DNA of 56,140 nucleotides, counting the filler, from Jimgerdemannia flammicorona (Eukaryota): the NCBI GenBank assembly GCA_003990765.1. It is 3 parts of 3 records of this genome, joined end to end, with 100 filler letters (N's around TTAATTAATTAA, not from the genome) between each part and the next. Parts side by side here need not be neighbours in the genome. Positions count along the whole stretch, not along the records: positions 1 to 18,650 come from RBNJ01002149.1; 2 more parts are not named here. One strand, 5' to 3'. The notes beneath the pieces were generated by a model. That model made no database searches and was not told where the DNA came from. It worked only from the letters and a program-made list of their open reading frames with translations. Each line of letters starts with the position of its first letter. Within the stretch, counting starts at the first letter, position 1. Positions 1-12,718 of the stretch are shown in pieces. The position numbers and the translations under genes were made by a program.

Positions 1-99
1 CATACTTAAAAACCACCTTACCACCCACTACCCCAACCCTTCCCCCACTCTGTCCACAGATTTTCTCTATCAAGCGATGCTGCTGACTATCCTGTAGAC

Positions 100-3000
100 C
101 CCAACCAGACCACCAGCCTATCAGAATGTCCTCCAACAACCCTTCCCATCTCAATAGCTACACCCCCAAACTCAGATACCTCCCTTCCTTAAAAAAAAAT
201 AACTAGTGACCTGCCAGCCCCACCTAAATAGCCAATATCCAACCTATAGTAAGCTACTCCTTTTCCATTCCTCCCACCAATCTATCTCTCAAATTCTCCC
301 ACTGACCCCTCTCTCCAACCCCTCTATGCATGATACCCAATTGATCTCCAACTACTAACCAAAAGTTGCTAAGTACCTTACACTCTCTCAGCCAATGTTC
401 TGGTATCTGCACAAATCCCCCTTTCTGTCCTACATTGTAGCACTTCTTACAGTCAAAACTTTCCCCCTCTATAAGATAGCCTGAGCAAAAGTTGAGCATA
501 ATATTCCTCTACAGCATGTGTCACCAGATCACTCAGTACTTTGATAGCAGCTACTGCTTACCTCAGCACTCCAGGCCCAGACCCCATTCCAGTCCCACTC
601 TTCTCTGATACCTGCCAACTACTATCCACTGGGCCATAAATCCTGTCCTAGTCTCCTCTGGTACACTACCCCATCACTAATATTGAAATTAATTAGAGAA
701 ATACCCCCCAACAACACTTGATTCCATCTCTACATCACTGGGCTCCAAAGCATCTCTACTTTATTTCCCTGCCAGCAGATTCCAATGTAGTGCACCCCAT
801 CTGCTACCCTCTACCAAACCTTTATACTATATGCACTCATTATTCTGAAGCCCAACCAAGGATAGTAGATTCCCTATAGAGCCTCTTGGTGAGGACCTTA
901 TCTCCCAGACCTTCTTCATCAGGGGAACCCAGCTACCCCCTCTTAGCTCCACAGCTCTCTTCAGCTATCATACTCTCAGGCAGTGCAGCCTCTTCAGAAA
1001 GTCAACCAGCCTGAGGCCCCCTCTAGCCACTGGCAAAGATAAGATTTCCCAGCTAATCTGACTCCTCCTTCTGGCCCAGATCCACCCCTTGGCCAGTTTC
1101 AATAGTCTCTTTACCACCTAGGCTGAGAAGTCTAGGTGATAAGCTAAATACCACAACTTTGGTAGCTAGTAAACATTCAAAATTGTAACCCACTCCACAG
1201 TGTCCTCCCCAATACTGCAGGGCTTCTCCTCAGATTGCAACCCACTGCTCCCACCAAGGTCTCAGTAGGACTGACCCATACATCAATAGATAAATACCCA
1301 AGTATTGTACTGTCTCTCCAGTAGAGACAATTGTTCCAATGATATCTCCTCCTACTAGACCATTACCCAATACTATTATTTCACACTTGTGTCAATTGAG
1401 TTTAGCCCCAGAGTACACTTCATACCACTCCACTGTCTCCTTAAGTTTCTCAATATCAGCAATTGATCCCAGGCCAACCACCATATCATCTGTAAAGGCT
1501 CCAACTTTCCACCCAATTCCAAATACTGAGAGCCCGACTATCTTCTGCCAAATCCTATCTATCAAAGGCTCCAAGAAGAGAGCATACAGAATGGAGGACA
1601 GTGGGTCCCTCTGGGGAACACCCCTACCCAGGGGGAATATGACTCCTTTATACCCATTACACATGAGTGCAGCTCTACTCCCTTCCAGAAGGCTGACTAT
1701 TGCTATTCAGAACTGATGCAGAATACCAATCTGATCCAATATCTTCGCCAACTAGACCTGCTGAACACAGTCATATGCCTTCTCCTGATCCAGAAAAACC
1801 AGTTGCCCATCCAGTCCACAGGCTTATGCCCCTTTAATAATACTATGTACCTAAGCAATGCCATCCCTAATGAGTCAGCCTCCTATAAAGCCCCACTGCC
1901 CCTCACTCAAGATTTGCTGGGCCACCTTCTGCAGCCTTGCTACCACCACCTTAGTAACCAACTTTCTGTTTATGTCTAGAAGTATGATTGGCCACCAGTT
2001 CTTCCAGTCCTCCCTCCTGCTCTTATTCTTATAAAGCAGTACCACCAGCCCCAGATCCTGCTCACCCACCCATCTCCCTGACTGTAGTATCAAGTTGCAA
2101 AGTGCTATCAGCTCTCCCAGGACTTCAGGGACTCCTATCATCTTCTTCCAAAAGTCCCAGGGCAGACCATCCTCCCCTTGCCATGTCCAGCATAGTTGTG
2201 ATAAGAATCTAGTAAATCTCCTCCTTCTGTATAGACATTCCCAAGCCACCCAGCCCTTCTGCTTATAGTAGGTGCCAATCCTCCAAAACATGGTCAATGG
2301 TGGCAGCATCTGCCCCACCCTCCTCCTCACTCTAAAAACCACTCCACCTCTCCTTTAATGATCTGAGAATGTCTTATATACTATACACCAGCAAATCATT
2401 AGAATCTAGCACCCCCTCCCACCTCTGCTTAACCCTCCTTACCTGAAGGGCCCTTATAAGATACTTAGAGGGCCTCTTCCCTTCCTTCAGCCCCTGCAAA
2501 TGTAACCACACTGCCAAACTCTGCACCTGTACCTCCTCCTCCTCCTGCAACACTCATTGTAACTCCCCAACCTCCATTCTCACCTGCATCAATCTCCAGT
2601 CCTCTACCCCCTCTAGTGCCAACAGATCTGCCCAATCTTTCAGAAGCCTAGCCAGTCTAACAGAAGCCCACATCACCCTCTTCCTCCTCTGTCTTCTGGC
2701 CACCTTGTCAGCCTCACTCTAGTAGACTTTAGCAGCCTCTTTCATCCTCATCTACCAGATACCAACTGGAGCACCTTCCTATATCCAATCCTCCACCCTC
2801 TGCTGAAAGTCCTTAGCCTGCTTGTCCCACAGTATCTTATTGTCCAACAAAGAGGAATTGAGGTGCCAATGTCCAGGCCTATCTCCACTCCCTCCAAAAT
2901 GACCCTGTTCTAGTAGTTCCCAATGATCAGACCACAGACACCACTCAGCCTTCAGTGACTTCCAAACATTCAAGCCCCAGCAGTTCACCATCAGAACCCA

Positions 3001-3592
3001 GTCAATCCTTGTTCCCAAGTCACTTGCCCAGTACATGTACACCCTCCTATTACCCCAGAACTCCCTGCCAGCATCCACCAGAGTACTTAGCCTTTCAACT
3101 TCCTCCCATACCTCCAGACCTCCACTCCTACCCTCAGCCCCCTGCCCTCCATCAGTTCTATCCACCAGCACATCTCTGACTATATTAAAGTCCCCTCCAA
3201 GCATATCCACTCCAGCCTCTGCAAGGGCCCCACTCTTCTAGAGACCCTTCACCTAATTCACATGCTCACTCCACACAGCAGGGCAGTAGTAGAAACCCAC
3301 TATAACCAGCTCCCAACCTGTTCATATTCACTCTCCCCAAACCAGTTTGTCTCCCCAGCTTCTCATATCTCATATCTCCCCTCTGCCTCTCCAGACCAGA
3401 ATCCCAACCTTGCCCTTCCAAACTACCTCACCTCATCTATTTCAGTCTATCCAAATCATCCTCACATTTGACATCCTGCAAAAGAAAGAGATTAGCCTCC
3501 AATCCCTTCAGCTAAGCAAAAATGTTCTGATACTGAAACAAATCCTGTTACCTATTTACATTCAAAGAAAAAATGTTGGTTGTACTGTTTAT
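100..3592 (-). pseudogene. LINE ORF2 (APE-RT-zinc finger), multiple stops
   Basis: ORF-track pieces 2779-3210, 1875-2342, 1392-1664 and 254-499. The start (decayed ATG>ATA, NSTTNIFSLNV) aligns with ORF2 of the full copy. 3' boundary approximate. Confidence 0.88.
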
Positions 3593-3599
3593 AAGAAAT

Positions 3600-4920
3600 A
3601 TTGTGAAATTGCAAGTACATCCTCTACTGCTCTATATTCATCTCCTCTTGTGCCAAGTCCAGATTGTGTTCAGCAGACACCTCCTCCTCTTCAGCCCTCT
3701 TAGCCTCCAATCCAACCAATAGCTCAGTTATTTCTCCATCCTCCTTTTCCTCAAAATCCTTACAATACTCCAGACAGGCCTTCTGCCAGAGCTGCAATCT
3801 ATGATGCTCTGTCCAACAGAAGGTGGCTCTCTTATCAGTAGCAACTGCCAGCTCAGCCTCCCTCTCCTTATCAACCTCATACTCTTCCTCCTCTAGAAAA
3901 ACTGCAAATACCTCCACCTTTAGTGCCTCCACCACTCCATCACTATGTATGATTCTCACCCAATGCTCATCACTCATCACTCTTAGGTCCACTTCTCTCA
4001 GCTCTTCAGCCACAAAGTTATTCATCATCCAGTATATCTATAGTAGGTTTCCCACCTCCTTCCCCCCTGGAGTCACTGGCCATCCTCTACCCAGCATCGA
4101 GGTATCAGCCCCTATACTCATAGTCTCATCCCACTTCTCCTCTGGGACATCTACCAGTTCCTCCTCACTAACTGCCACCATCTGTCTCCCCTTTGCCACC
4201 TCAGGAACTCCAAGTGCACTTACTGGGCACTACACATTGACACATCCTCTGCTGCCTGACCTCTTGCTGCTGGTCTCCACCTAATGAGAGGAGGAGGGGT
4301 ATCCTCCCAGACTTCAAATATACCATCCTCATATGGGTCCTTACTCAGTGCCTTTCTGGCCTCCTCCTGACCCACCTCTACATTCTCTCCACTACTGCTG
4401 GCCCAGATACTTGCTTTGGCTTCTCCAGTATCCTTAATATCACCAGCAGCCCTCTTTGTCTCTCTCTCTAGTTTTACCAATAACTCCCTCTACCTCTCAC
4501 ATCCTTGGGACCTCTTCTATAGCCTCTTATCAATACAGATGTGCCTTCTATCAATAATCTCCAAGTGTGTCAACTCTACATATACCTTCCAAGCTTTTCC
4601 CCTCTACTCCACTATATTACTCAGCTCCTCCAGTACCTCCAGCAGGTCCTCCTCCTCCTTCTCACTTCCCTTCACCCTTGTCATCTTGCACATGAAGGCT
4701 CCCCACACCATTACAGAAGGCCAATCATGAGCTTTCCCAGTAGCCTCTCTCTCTGCCAACCAAATCTGAATGTCAACATCTTCTGTCTGGAAGGAGGTCT
4801 CTTCCCAGACCCTGAACCCAACATTGACCACCTCTCCATACTCAGCCATAACTTCCTCAACTCTCCTCCTCATCTCCACAGCAGTTACCATAGGAACCCC
4901 TTTCACCAAGAGCTGCATCA
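3600..4920 (-). pseudogene. LINE ORF1, C-terminal part
   Basis: Fragments 4604-4921, 4220-4480 and 3624-4028 are homologous to 30581-30937, 30200-30565 and 29603-30016. Confidence 0.8.
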
Positions 4921-5108
4921 TGGGGTACTATTGGCAGATTATAGTTCAATTGTACCCAGTCTTGGAAAATAATTTATTTGGTTCCACCACTCTATCTTAT
5001 TCAATATATATACTTTTTGATTTTTCTGCTTGACCTTTACTGCCATTTATATACTGCCATAATAGTTTCTCATCTTGCTCTAACATATATCTCTTTTTTC
5101 TACCTGTT

Positions 5109-5140
<32 letters not shown>
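4921..5140 (+). mobile_element. Poly(A)-tailed fragment, possible 3' end of another retroposed element
   Basis: About 28-nt A run at 5113-5140 preceded by pyrimidine-rich sequence; no TSD found. Confidence 0.35.
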
Positions 5141-5144
<4 letters not shown>

Positions 5145-5439
5145 AAGTATAGAATGAGTGCCTCTATAAGCCAACTTACTTTTAGATCCTTTTTGGGGAT
5201 TTTTTTTTCTATCTCTGGGCCAGCCTCTGTATATTGGCTGGCTATGTTTTTAGTCTTCTTCATAGACCTCTATAATATATATCTATCAACTGATCTTCAT
5301 ACTTTGGGCCCAACCTGACTATCATCTGTAACAGTACTACTGCTATTACTATCAGCACCTATATCCTCAGGTGGGTCTTTATTTTCTATCTATAACAATC
5401 CTAATCTACTTGCCAAGTATTCTAGTACAAACCCATCTA

Positions 5440-5975
5440 TAGTTACTATGATCTTTCATAATATATTTTAATCTTAAGATCTAAAAAAACTTAGCATTTA
5501 GTCTCCCTCAGTAATCTCTTCTCATGATCTACATTTTATCAAAAAAGTAGATCCTATGACTCTTTTTCATATCTTATTTCTATAAGAAGTTGTCCTGATC
5601 AGAGACTTCTCTAACTTGCTGATACTACTGGGACCATTACAGATATATTTCAGTATTCTCAATGCATTTTCCAGCCCCACTGACCTATCTGCATTCTTTT
5701 GATATATGACTGACCTCATCCAATTGAATAATAATTATCAATAGAAGGTACTCCTTGACTATCATCTCGAATTTTACACAAGACATATTGCTGCCCCTAC
5801 CTCTTGATCAGCTTACACAGCCTGGGCTATGCACGATGGAGAACTCATGTCTCTCTACCTACTACTATTCTTCCATTGATATGCTGGACCTTCCTCTAGA
5901 CCTATTCAACTGACCAAATGCCCATGATTCCCTATGACATCATCACTCCAATCAAAAAATGTCTGCAGAACCTAT
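5440..5975 (+). pseudogene. Probable gag-like ORF of a tyrosine-recombinase retrotransposon (Ngaro/DIRS), decayed and truncated by an LTR insertion
   Basis: Manual translation: IFHNIF*S*DLKKL...RDFSNLLILLGPLQIYFSILNAF...AFF*YMTDLIQLNNNYQ*KVLLDYHLEFYTRH...AWAMHDGELMSLYL...KNVCRTY. Resembles, from recall, the Y.W..VL.YH..F...W...D.EL pattern of fungal Ngaro gag followed by the start of a zinc finger. Confidence 0.5.
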
Positions 5976-7617
5976 TGTGACAAACTTAATATACCACTTG
6001 AATTATAATCTAGTCAGATGATGTAAATACATAGTATAGTAACCAGACATAGCAACCATTGCTATGGAAAACTGTATAAATAGCTGAACTACTAGATAAG
6101 GTATACTTGTGCCAAATCTACACATCTGTGCTAAATCAGCACATCTGTACTGAACTAGTACACCTACTATAGATAGCAATCTATAATTAGCAACATAGCA
6201 ACCATAATGTATAAAATACTCCAGAGACAAGAGTGAATAAACCTCAGTCCAAAATTGAATCCAAAGCAAAAGACAAGTCTGCCTACTACACTTTGAGAGG
6301 AACTCTATAGCCACTGTTAGGAGATTGTGAGCAAAAGTATTCCTTTTCCACTCTGGTCCACTTTCTGATACAAAGAAGAGTTTGTTATATTTTTGTTTCA
6401 CTTGCCAGATAAGCCTGAAGATTTGCTGCCAAAGTTCAAGAAAGAACTTTGCTACCTTTTGAGTAATCTGCTGCTTAAGGAATAAGCCACTATGCTTTGG
6501 TTTACTTGCCAGATAAGCCTGAAGAGAAATATGCATTCTTAGAGAGCCCACTATTCTTGCTACAAGCCAGTCTTCTGATGCAACTTCACAGTGATTCATT
6601 TATGCAAATAAAGTCAGTTGAGGTAACTTGCCAAGAATCTGAGTTATTATTCAAGAAGCCTGCTGATTAAGGAAGAATCCATGACATCCAAGTTATCTGA
6701 GTTATCCATATTATCTGCATTGTCTGAATTATTCATCTGTTTCCAGTAAGAAGAATCTACTGCCAGTATAATTCTCAGTGAGCCAATTCAGAAGAATCTG
6801 TGCATCCTCTATTCCTAGTAAAATCATCATTTCAGGAGAACCCACATCAAATTGAGTTATCTGCCAGAAATTGCATACTTTTGGAGATCATTATGCTATA
6901 CAAGATGGTCATATAGAAATTGCATAAAGAGAACTGCCAAATTACCAAACTGTCATACTACACTGAGAACATTGTACTACACAGAGATCACTATGCAGAA
7001 ATTGCATACTTTTGGAGATCACTGCTACTCAAGAAGGAAACTGCTAAATTACCAGTCTACTATATACCAAATCACTACTATACTCAGAGAACTGTCCCAA
7101 TAAGGAAAACCAATGAAATTGACCATTATATCCAGATTAACTATTATACCACTAAATACCAACAAGAATACCAGAATCTTAGAACATTTTGTTACTTTTG
7201 ACAAAGTAACTGGAGGCTCAAGCCAAACTATACCAATCTCCAACCTTGTAATTTGCCTCTATTGAGCTAGATACATTACATTTGGGGGCTCAACTAAAAA
7301 GATTTCAAAATCAATATGACTTTTCAGCTTATAAGAACCTACAGTCAAACTGGATATATTTGATATAACACCAATCTCTGCTATTATAGAAGAACCAGTC
7401 ATCACTAGTATCTGGACAGAAAGAGAAGTAATTACCTCAAAACTTACCAACTATGCAGCATCAGAAGGATCCCAACCAGAAATTAGTATAGTCTGAAATC
7501 CCAACTAGATCAACCAGACAACACAGATGGCCCTGTTGGAGACTTTGATGGACTTGCCCAAGAACTAGAAGATCTTATTGCATAAGTCTGAAATCCTACA
7601 GCCAGATATCCCATAGC
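5976..7617 (+). mobile_element. 5' part of an LTR retrotransposon (family A): LTR plus leader/gag remnant; LTR end not resolved
   Basis: Abrupt TGTGACA start after cctat. TATAAAA at about 6210 and GAGTGAATAAACCTCAG at 6231-6247, a motif shared with the LTR at 18786-19242. Cut off by the family B LTR at 7618. Confidence 0.5.
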
Positions 7618-10212
7618 TGTAAGAGGGTTACTTGTTAGAGTAACTGTTACGTAGTTCTGGAAGGGTTTTCTGGAAGTTTTGGATATTCTGGAAGACCATT
7701 TTCTTATGGTCAAGATCAATTTTATATGGAGTATGTCTTCTATGCTTATTGATTTCAAGATTGGGTTGACATCTCAACTAAAGTTCTTTTTCAGACTAGT
7801 TCTGGATGTTCAGGATTTTCTGTATTTCAGAAAGTTTAAGAAACTATGACCAGCTTAGTTGAATCAGCATATTACTGCAGACAATACCCAATTAGGAAAT
7901 TTCATGACAGGGTTAGGAGTGAGACCTAATGAGGAGTAGATTTACTTAAGAGTAGTTTGTGGGTTATTAAATAGATTTATTCGCTATTTATGATATTACT
8001 ATACTAGGAGTAGTTGTGTGAGGGAATATTGGAGAAGTGTTCAGAAGTTATATTCAGAATGTTCTGTGTATTTAAGTCTGAGATTCTGAGGTCTGGGGAA
8101 GAGGGTATTTATACTAATGGGAGGCTATCTGGACTATATTAATATGGATATAGCACTTAGTGCCTTGCTAAGTCAGAATGTAGTCATATAGTACAAGTGT
8201 GATCTGACATATCAAGAGATCATCTGACTACTGAGTCAGTTCACAGTCATATCATACAATGCTAATCTAACTATACTAATGACTACTGAGCTATCTATAG
8301 ATTTAGATGCTATCTGGGTAGTCTTTGATGATATCACCATCAATGACATTATCTCTGATGAAGTAGTCATCTATGAAGAGTGCTTCTTGGATTATTTCTC
8401 CTTGTTCACTCATGTAGTAATATATTGGAACCTCATTGCTGTCCTATAGAATTAGTGCTCCGAACGAGTCAATCCGGATGGGATTCTGATGGATTCGAAT
8501 CAGATTCGAATCGGATTCGAATCGGATTCGAATCATCCAAATTTGATGATCTTAGTGTCATTTGAAAGCCCTTAATAAGGCCTTTCTAATGATACCAAGA
8601 ACATTAAAATCGGATTACGTGTTGCCAAGATATTAAGGAAAACGTTCCATTTGACGAAATTTCCAAAATCGGCAAATCAAAGAATTTCCAAAATCGGCGA
8701 TTCAGACGTTTTCCTTCATAACTCAGCAACGCATGATCCGATTTCAATGTTCTTGGTATCATTAGATAGGCCTTATTAAGGGATTTCAAATGACACCAAG
8801 ATCATCAAATTTGGATGATTATTCATCAAGTTATTGATGTAAACATTTAATTGTCTAATTTGGAAATCAAAACAATGGTTGATTCATGGGATTTGAATCC
8901 CATCCAAGTTGATCTGGATGGGATTCGAATCCCATCTGAGTTGATCCAGATGGGATTCAATCCAAATCAATCCGAATCCAATCTGGATTAAATTGACTCG
9001 TTAGGAGCACTATATAGAATAGTATCATCTACTTCATATGATGAATATAGAGTTGGTGGGTGAAGGAGGGATGTGTTATCTTTGCTTTCATCAGATTTGC
9101 TGTCTGTATACCTTCTATAAGTTATGGTGCTATGAGTTCCTGGGTTGTAGTAAGCTAGCAGCTGTGGTTCATATTGCTTGTACTCAGGTGGTAGAGTTGG
9201 TTCAATCTTGAGAGTTGTCTAGAGGTATAGATTGTGTTCTCCAGTCTTCTCATTATAGTTGAAGTAATTAGGGATAAATGCAGATTGGTACTCATGCCAG
9301 TGGTCATTATCCCAATAAATCTCATAGGTGTTATGAACTGTTGTAAGTTCATTGGCAAGGTTGGCAGAGTAATCAGGATTGGCAGGGATCCTTGGCTTGA
9401 GGTCATGTCAGTATCAGAGGAATTGTTATCTTCTGCTTCATTATTGTCAAACCAGATTATATCATAGACATCCTTCATGATATATCCAACTTGGAGTATT
9501 TATAAGATGTGGTCATCAGAGTATGGGAAGGTTCTTTCTGTGGTTTGAACATACTTGATGTACTTGTGGTTGAGTTCTTGTATCATGTCATTGATTTGAC
9601 CATAGGACAGGGTGGCAACCATTTTGACAGTAATAACTTAGAGGCAGAGAATAACAGTGCTTACTTGTAGAAGAGTTCTCAGTATTTGTGAGCAATAAGT
9701 TTCTGGTGTTGAGACATCTGGGTAATGTCTGTGTTATAGTGGTGTTCAAAGGTAGTCGATCTGGTAGTAACTTGAGATTTGTCTGATTCAGTAGGCTTAG
9801 CTAAGCATATTCAGGGCATTCCATCAGACTTCTATGAAGTAGAGGAGTGCTAGGCTATGGATATTCATAAGGGGCAGAGGGGGTGTGGCTCAGTTGACAA
9901 TGGCATTCCAAATATTAGCACAGATGCAGTTGTAGATCTCAGTGGTCATATTTGTGTATATGTTCAAGAGTTGGGGTTGTTTATTTGGTTTATTGTGGTT
10001 CTCTATTTCAATATATCTGAATGCTCAGTATATATGCATTCAGTCCTGATTGGTAAGATTCCATTTGTAAGTCTAGTGTTCTATGACTTTGAGTTGACTC
10101 AGCTTCATGATCTTGTATATGATTTCTGGATTTGTTTAGAGGTCACATATAATTTCAGTGGCTTGTTCTGAGAGTGATGTGTAATTTCGGTGACTTGGGT
10201 TGTGCACTTACA
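7618..10212 (-). repeat. Family B 3' LTR (about 2.0 kb net of the 560-bp MITE)
   Basis: Termini TGTAAG...CTTACA. Homologous to 19243-21034 (+) and to 25339-25826 plus 31714-33305 (-). Confidence 0.92.
8453..9012. mobile_element. Non-autonomous hAT element (MITE), 560 bp
   Basis: 21-bp TIRs TAGTGCTCCGAACGAGTCAAT / ATTGACTCGTTAGGAGCACTA (1 mismatch). Perfect 8-bp TSD TATAGAAT (8445-8452, 9013-9020). The homologous LTR near 32049 has the empty site. Subterminal GATTCGAATC repeats. Confidence 0.95.
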
Positions 10213-10689
10213 ACTCTCTCCTTCTTAGCTTTTGATGTCCTCATTGAGATCTTCTAATTTGGTCTAGTGTTATTACATCATTTGGATGGTCAAAAGTCCA
10301 GTAATGTCCATTTTTCTCAGAAAGTGACATACTCATAGTATAGTTGCCTAATACATTAGATTCACATGTTAAAGAGTTATGTATTCAATGCTGTATATCA
10401 GAAGTAATTCTGACATCATTTACTGCTGGAGAATTTTCTCTAAGAAATCTTCTTAAATGTCTATATCTCATTTCCCACCAGTGGTATGGGGAGAATAGGC
10501 TGGCTTTCAGTTTTGCTATTTTTCTGGAGGATTGGTATTATTTTATCTTGTCTTGCTGAGTTCATGATTCTGTTCATGATAATTATAAGAGTATTGAATA
10601 TTCAGGAGGGTAATATATAGTATAGACTGATAGGTGCAGAGTATTTGGGTTTCAGTTATTCAGGGAATCATATTTCTGAACTAAGTTGG

Positions 10690-12718
10690 TGGTATTCTGG
10701 AGATGAGTTTTGGGTTCCCATATTGCATCATAGATCAGATAACCTTTCCATTTGACAAGATACTCTGGATGGTTCTTGTGGTCATATTTATTGAGGATTT
10801 GTTCAACTTCATATTCTTCTTGATCATTAATAGTAATAGATATAGGTAGTTCTGTGGTTTGGTTGGAGAATAGCTCATTGTTATTTTCATTATATCACTT
10901 GAGACATTGGATATTGAAGACTGGGTGAATCTTAATAGTGTCTGGTAGTACTAATTTGTAGGAAGTTAGAGAGACTTGTGCAATGACTTCAAATGGTCCA
11001 ATGAATTTACTATTCAGCTTTGTAGATGATCTGTACTTGAGGTTGTCAACTCAGTATCCTTAGATATCTAGTAGAACTTTTTCTCTAATATCAAAAGTTT
11101 CTTCTCAGCAGTGCTGGTTAACATACTGTAACTGTTGTTCTTGAGCTCAGGATAAATTCTCAATTGCAATCTGACTTAAATTACACATTCAGAGCAAGAA
11201 TTCTTCAACAGCTTTGACTGTGGAAGGTTCATTGGTAGTTCAGATAAGTGTCAGAGAGGTGTTTGGGTTTTATCCTGTATTGGCAAAGAATGGAGTTATT
11301 TCTAGAGAGGCTTATTTGCTATTGTTGTATGTAAACTCAACTATGGTGAGGTATTCATATCAATCATCTTATCTATAGGAAACATAGTTCCTTAGCATTT
11401 GTTCCAGGGTTTGGTTCATTCTTTCAGTTTGGCCATCAGTTTTGAGATGAAAGGCTGTAGATAGTGCAAGCTTCATTCCAAGGTGTGCATAGAGGGCTTT
11501 TCAAAAATAGCTGGTGAATTTCGGGTCTTGATCACTAACAATAATCTTAGAAAGGCCATGATAGTAGAAAATATTGTCAAACAAGAGTATAGCTATGTCT
11601 GGTATAGTTGCAGTAATAGTAGTTGGTACAAAATGAGTCTGTTTACTGAGATAGTCCACAAAGACAACAATTGTATCTTTCCTATTCTTGGTTTGGGGTA
11701 GTTGTACAATGAAGTCTATAGAAATTTGTTCCCAATTAGTGGATGGTACTGAGATAGGGTGGAGTAGACCAGGTTTTGCTAGTGTTGATGACTTTTTGCA
11801 TTAGCAGGCATCACAGGAAGTGATGTAGGTTTTTAGCTAATCTGCCATGCAGGGCCAATAGAAGTTTTGGGAAATAACTTCATAGTATTTGTCAAATCCT
11901 AAATGTCTGGCTGTAGGGGCATTATGATATTCAAATAGGATAGTTCTTTAGAGATCTCAATTGTTTGGAACATACAATCTGTTCTTGTAGTAAATAGCAT
12001 TGTCCTTCAGTTGATATTGGTGATACTAGGTGTGCTTATTGATATCATCACTGCTCAGAATTTCTTAGAGTACTTGAGCTTCCTTATCATCAGCACATGC
12101 TGTAGTAATTTATTCCATGATAGAGTTGGTAACCAAGGTGAGAGTTTGGATGACCTCTTTGATTGGTGGTCTGGAGATTGCATTGGCAACAATATTTTCC
12201 TTATCAGAGCAATACTGGATTTTGTAGTCAAAGTTGGTGAGGACTTTCATCCATCTGGCTTGCTTCTGAGAAAGGGTAGCCTGAGTCTTGATGTTGACTA
12301 ATGATTTGTGGTCTGTCAGGACTATAAAGTGTGCTCTTTTGAGATAGGGTCACTATTTGATCAGGGTGTCTATAATGGCTAACATTTCTTTCTCGTGGGT
12401 TGTATAGTTGATTTTGGCATCATTGAACTTTCGAGAATGATAGGCCACAGGGTGTCCTTCTTGTATGAGTACTGCTCCAAGAGCTAGGTCAGAGGCATCA
12501 GTGATAACTTTATATAAGAGGGCAGGGTTTGCCACTTAAAGTACTAGAGTAGTTATCAAGGCATTCTTCAGTGCTTGAAAGGCTGTATCTTGTTTGGGTC
12601 TCCAATTTATGAGATTGTTGAAGTCTTTTTCTTGTTTTGTAGTCTAAGGCTGTTCTTCTTTCTTGCTGTACTTGGTCATTTGGATGAGGGCAGTAGTGAT
12701 TTTGACAAAGTTTGCAAC
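10690..12718 (-). pseudogene. Family B pol C-terminus (RH-IN-chromodomain)
   Basis: Chromodomain EEYEVEQILNKYDHKNHPEYLVKWKGYLIYDAIWEPKTHLQN at about 10695-10820; RNase H at 12353-12535. Confidence 0.9.

Larger units (their letters stand above)
1..4920 (-). mobile_element. L1/Tx1-like non-LTR retrotransposon (LINE), 5'-truncated, decayed; 3' end lies outside the window
   Basis: Minus-strand fragments of an AP endonuclease (GGDFN, RIDWVL, SDH), RT (WPIILLDINRK, GQWGFIGG, GRGVPQRDPLSS, FTDD) and a C-terminal Cys/His motif (CKKC...HWLREC). Collinear with the full-length copy at 25827-31713. Confidence 0.93.
7618..12718 (-). mobile_element. Ty3/Gypsy chromovirus family B, copy 1 (3' half: RNase H, integrase, chromodomain, PPT, 3' LTR)
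   Basis: RNase H ([40 protein letters not shown]), integrase and chromodomain motifs. PPT aagaaggagagagt at 10213-10226 abuts the LTR. Interrupted by a hAT TIR at 12719. Confidence 0.93.

Noticed and set aside
6003..6599. 198-aa minus-strand ORF
   Set aside because: Non-ATG start, antisense to a probable LTR with TATA and poly(A) signals, no recognisable motif and no second copy to test.
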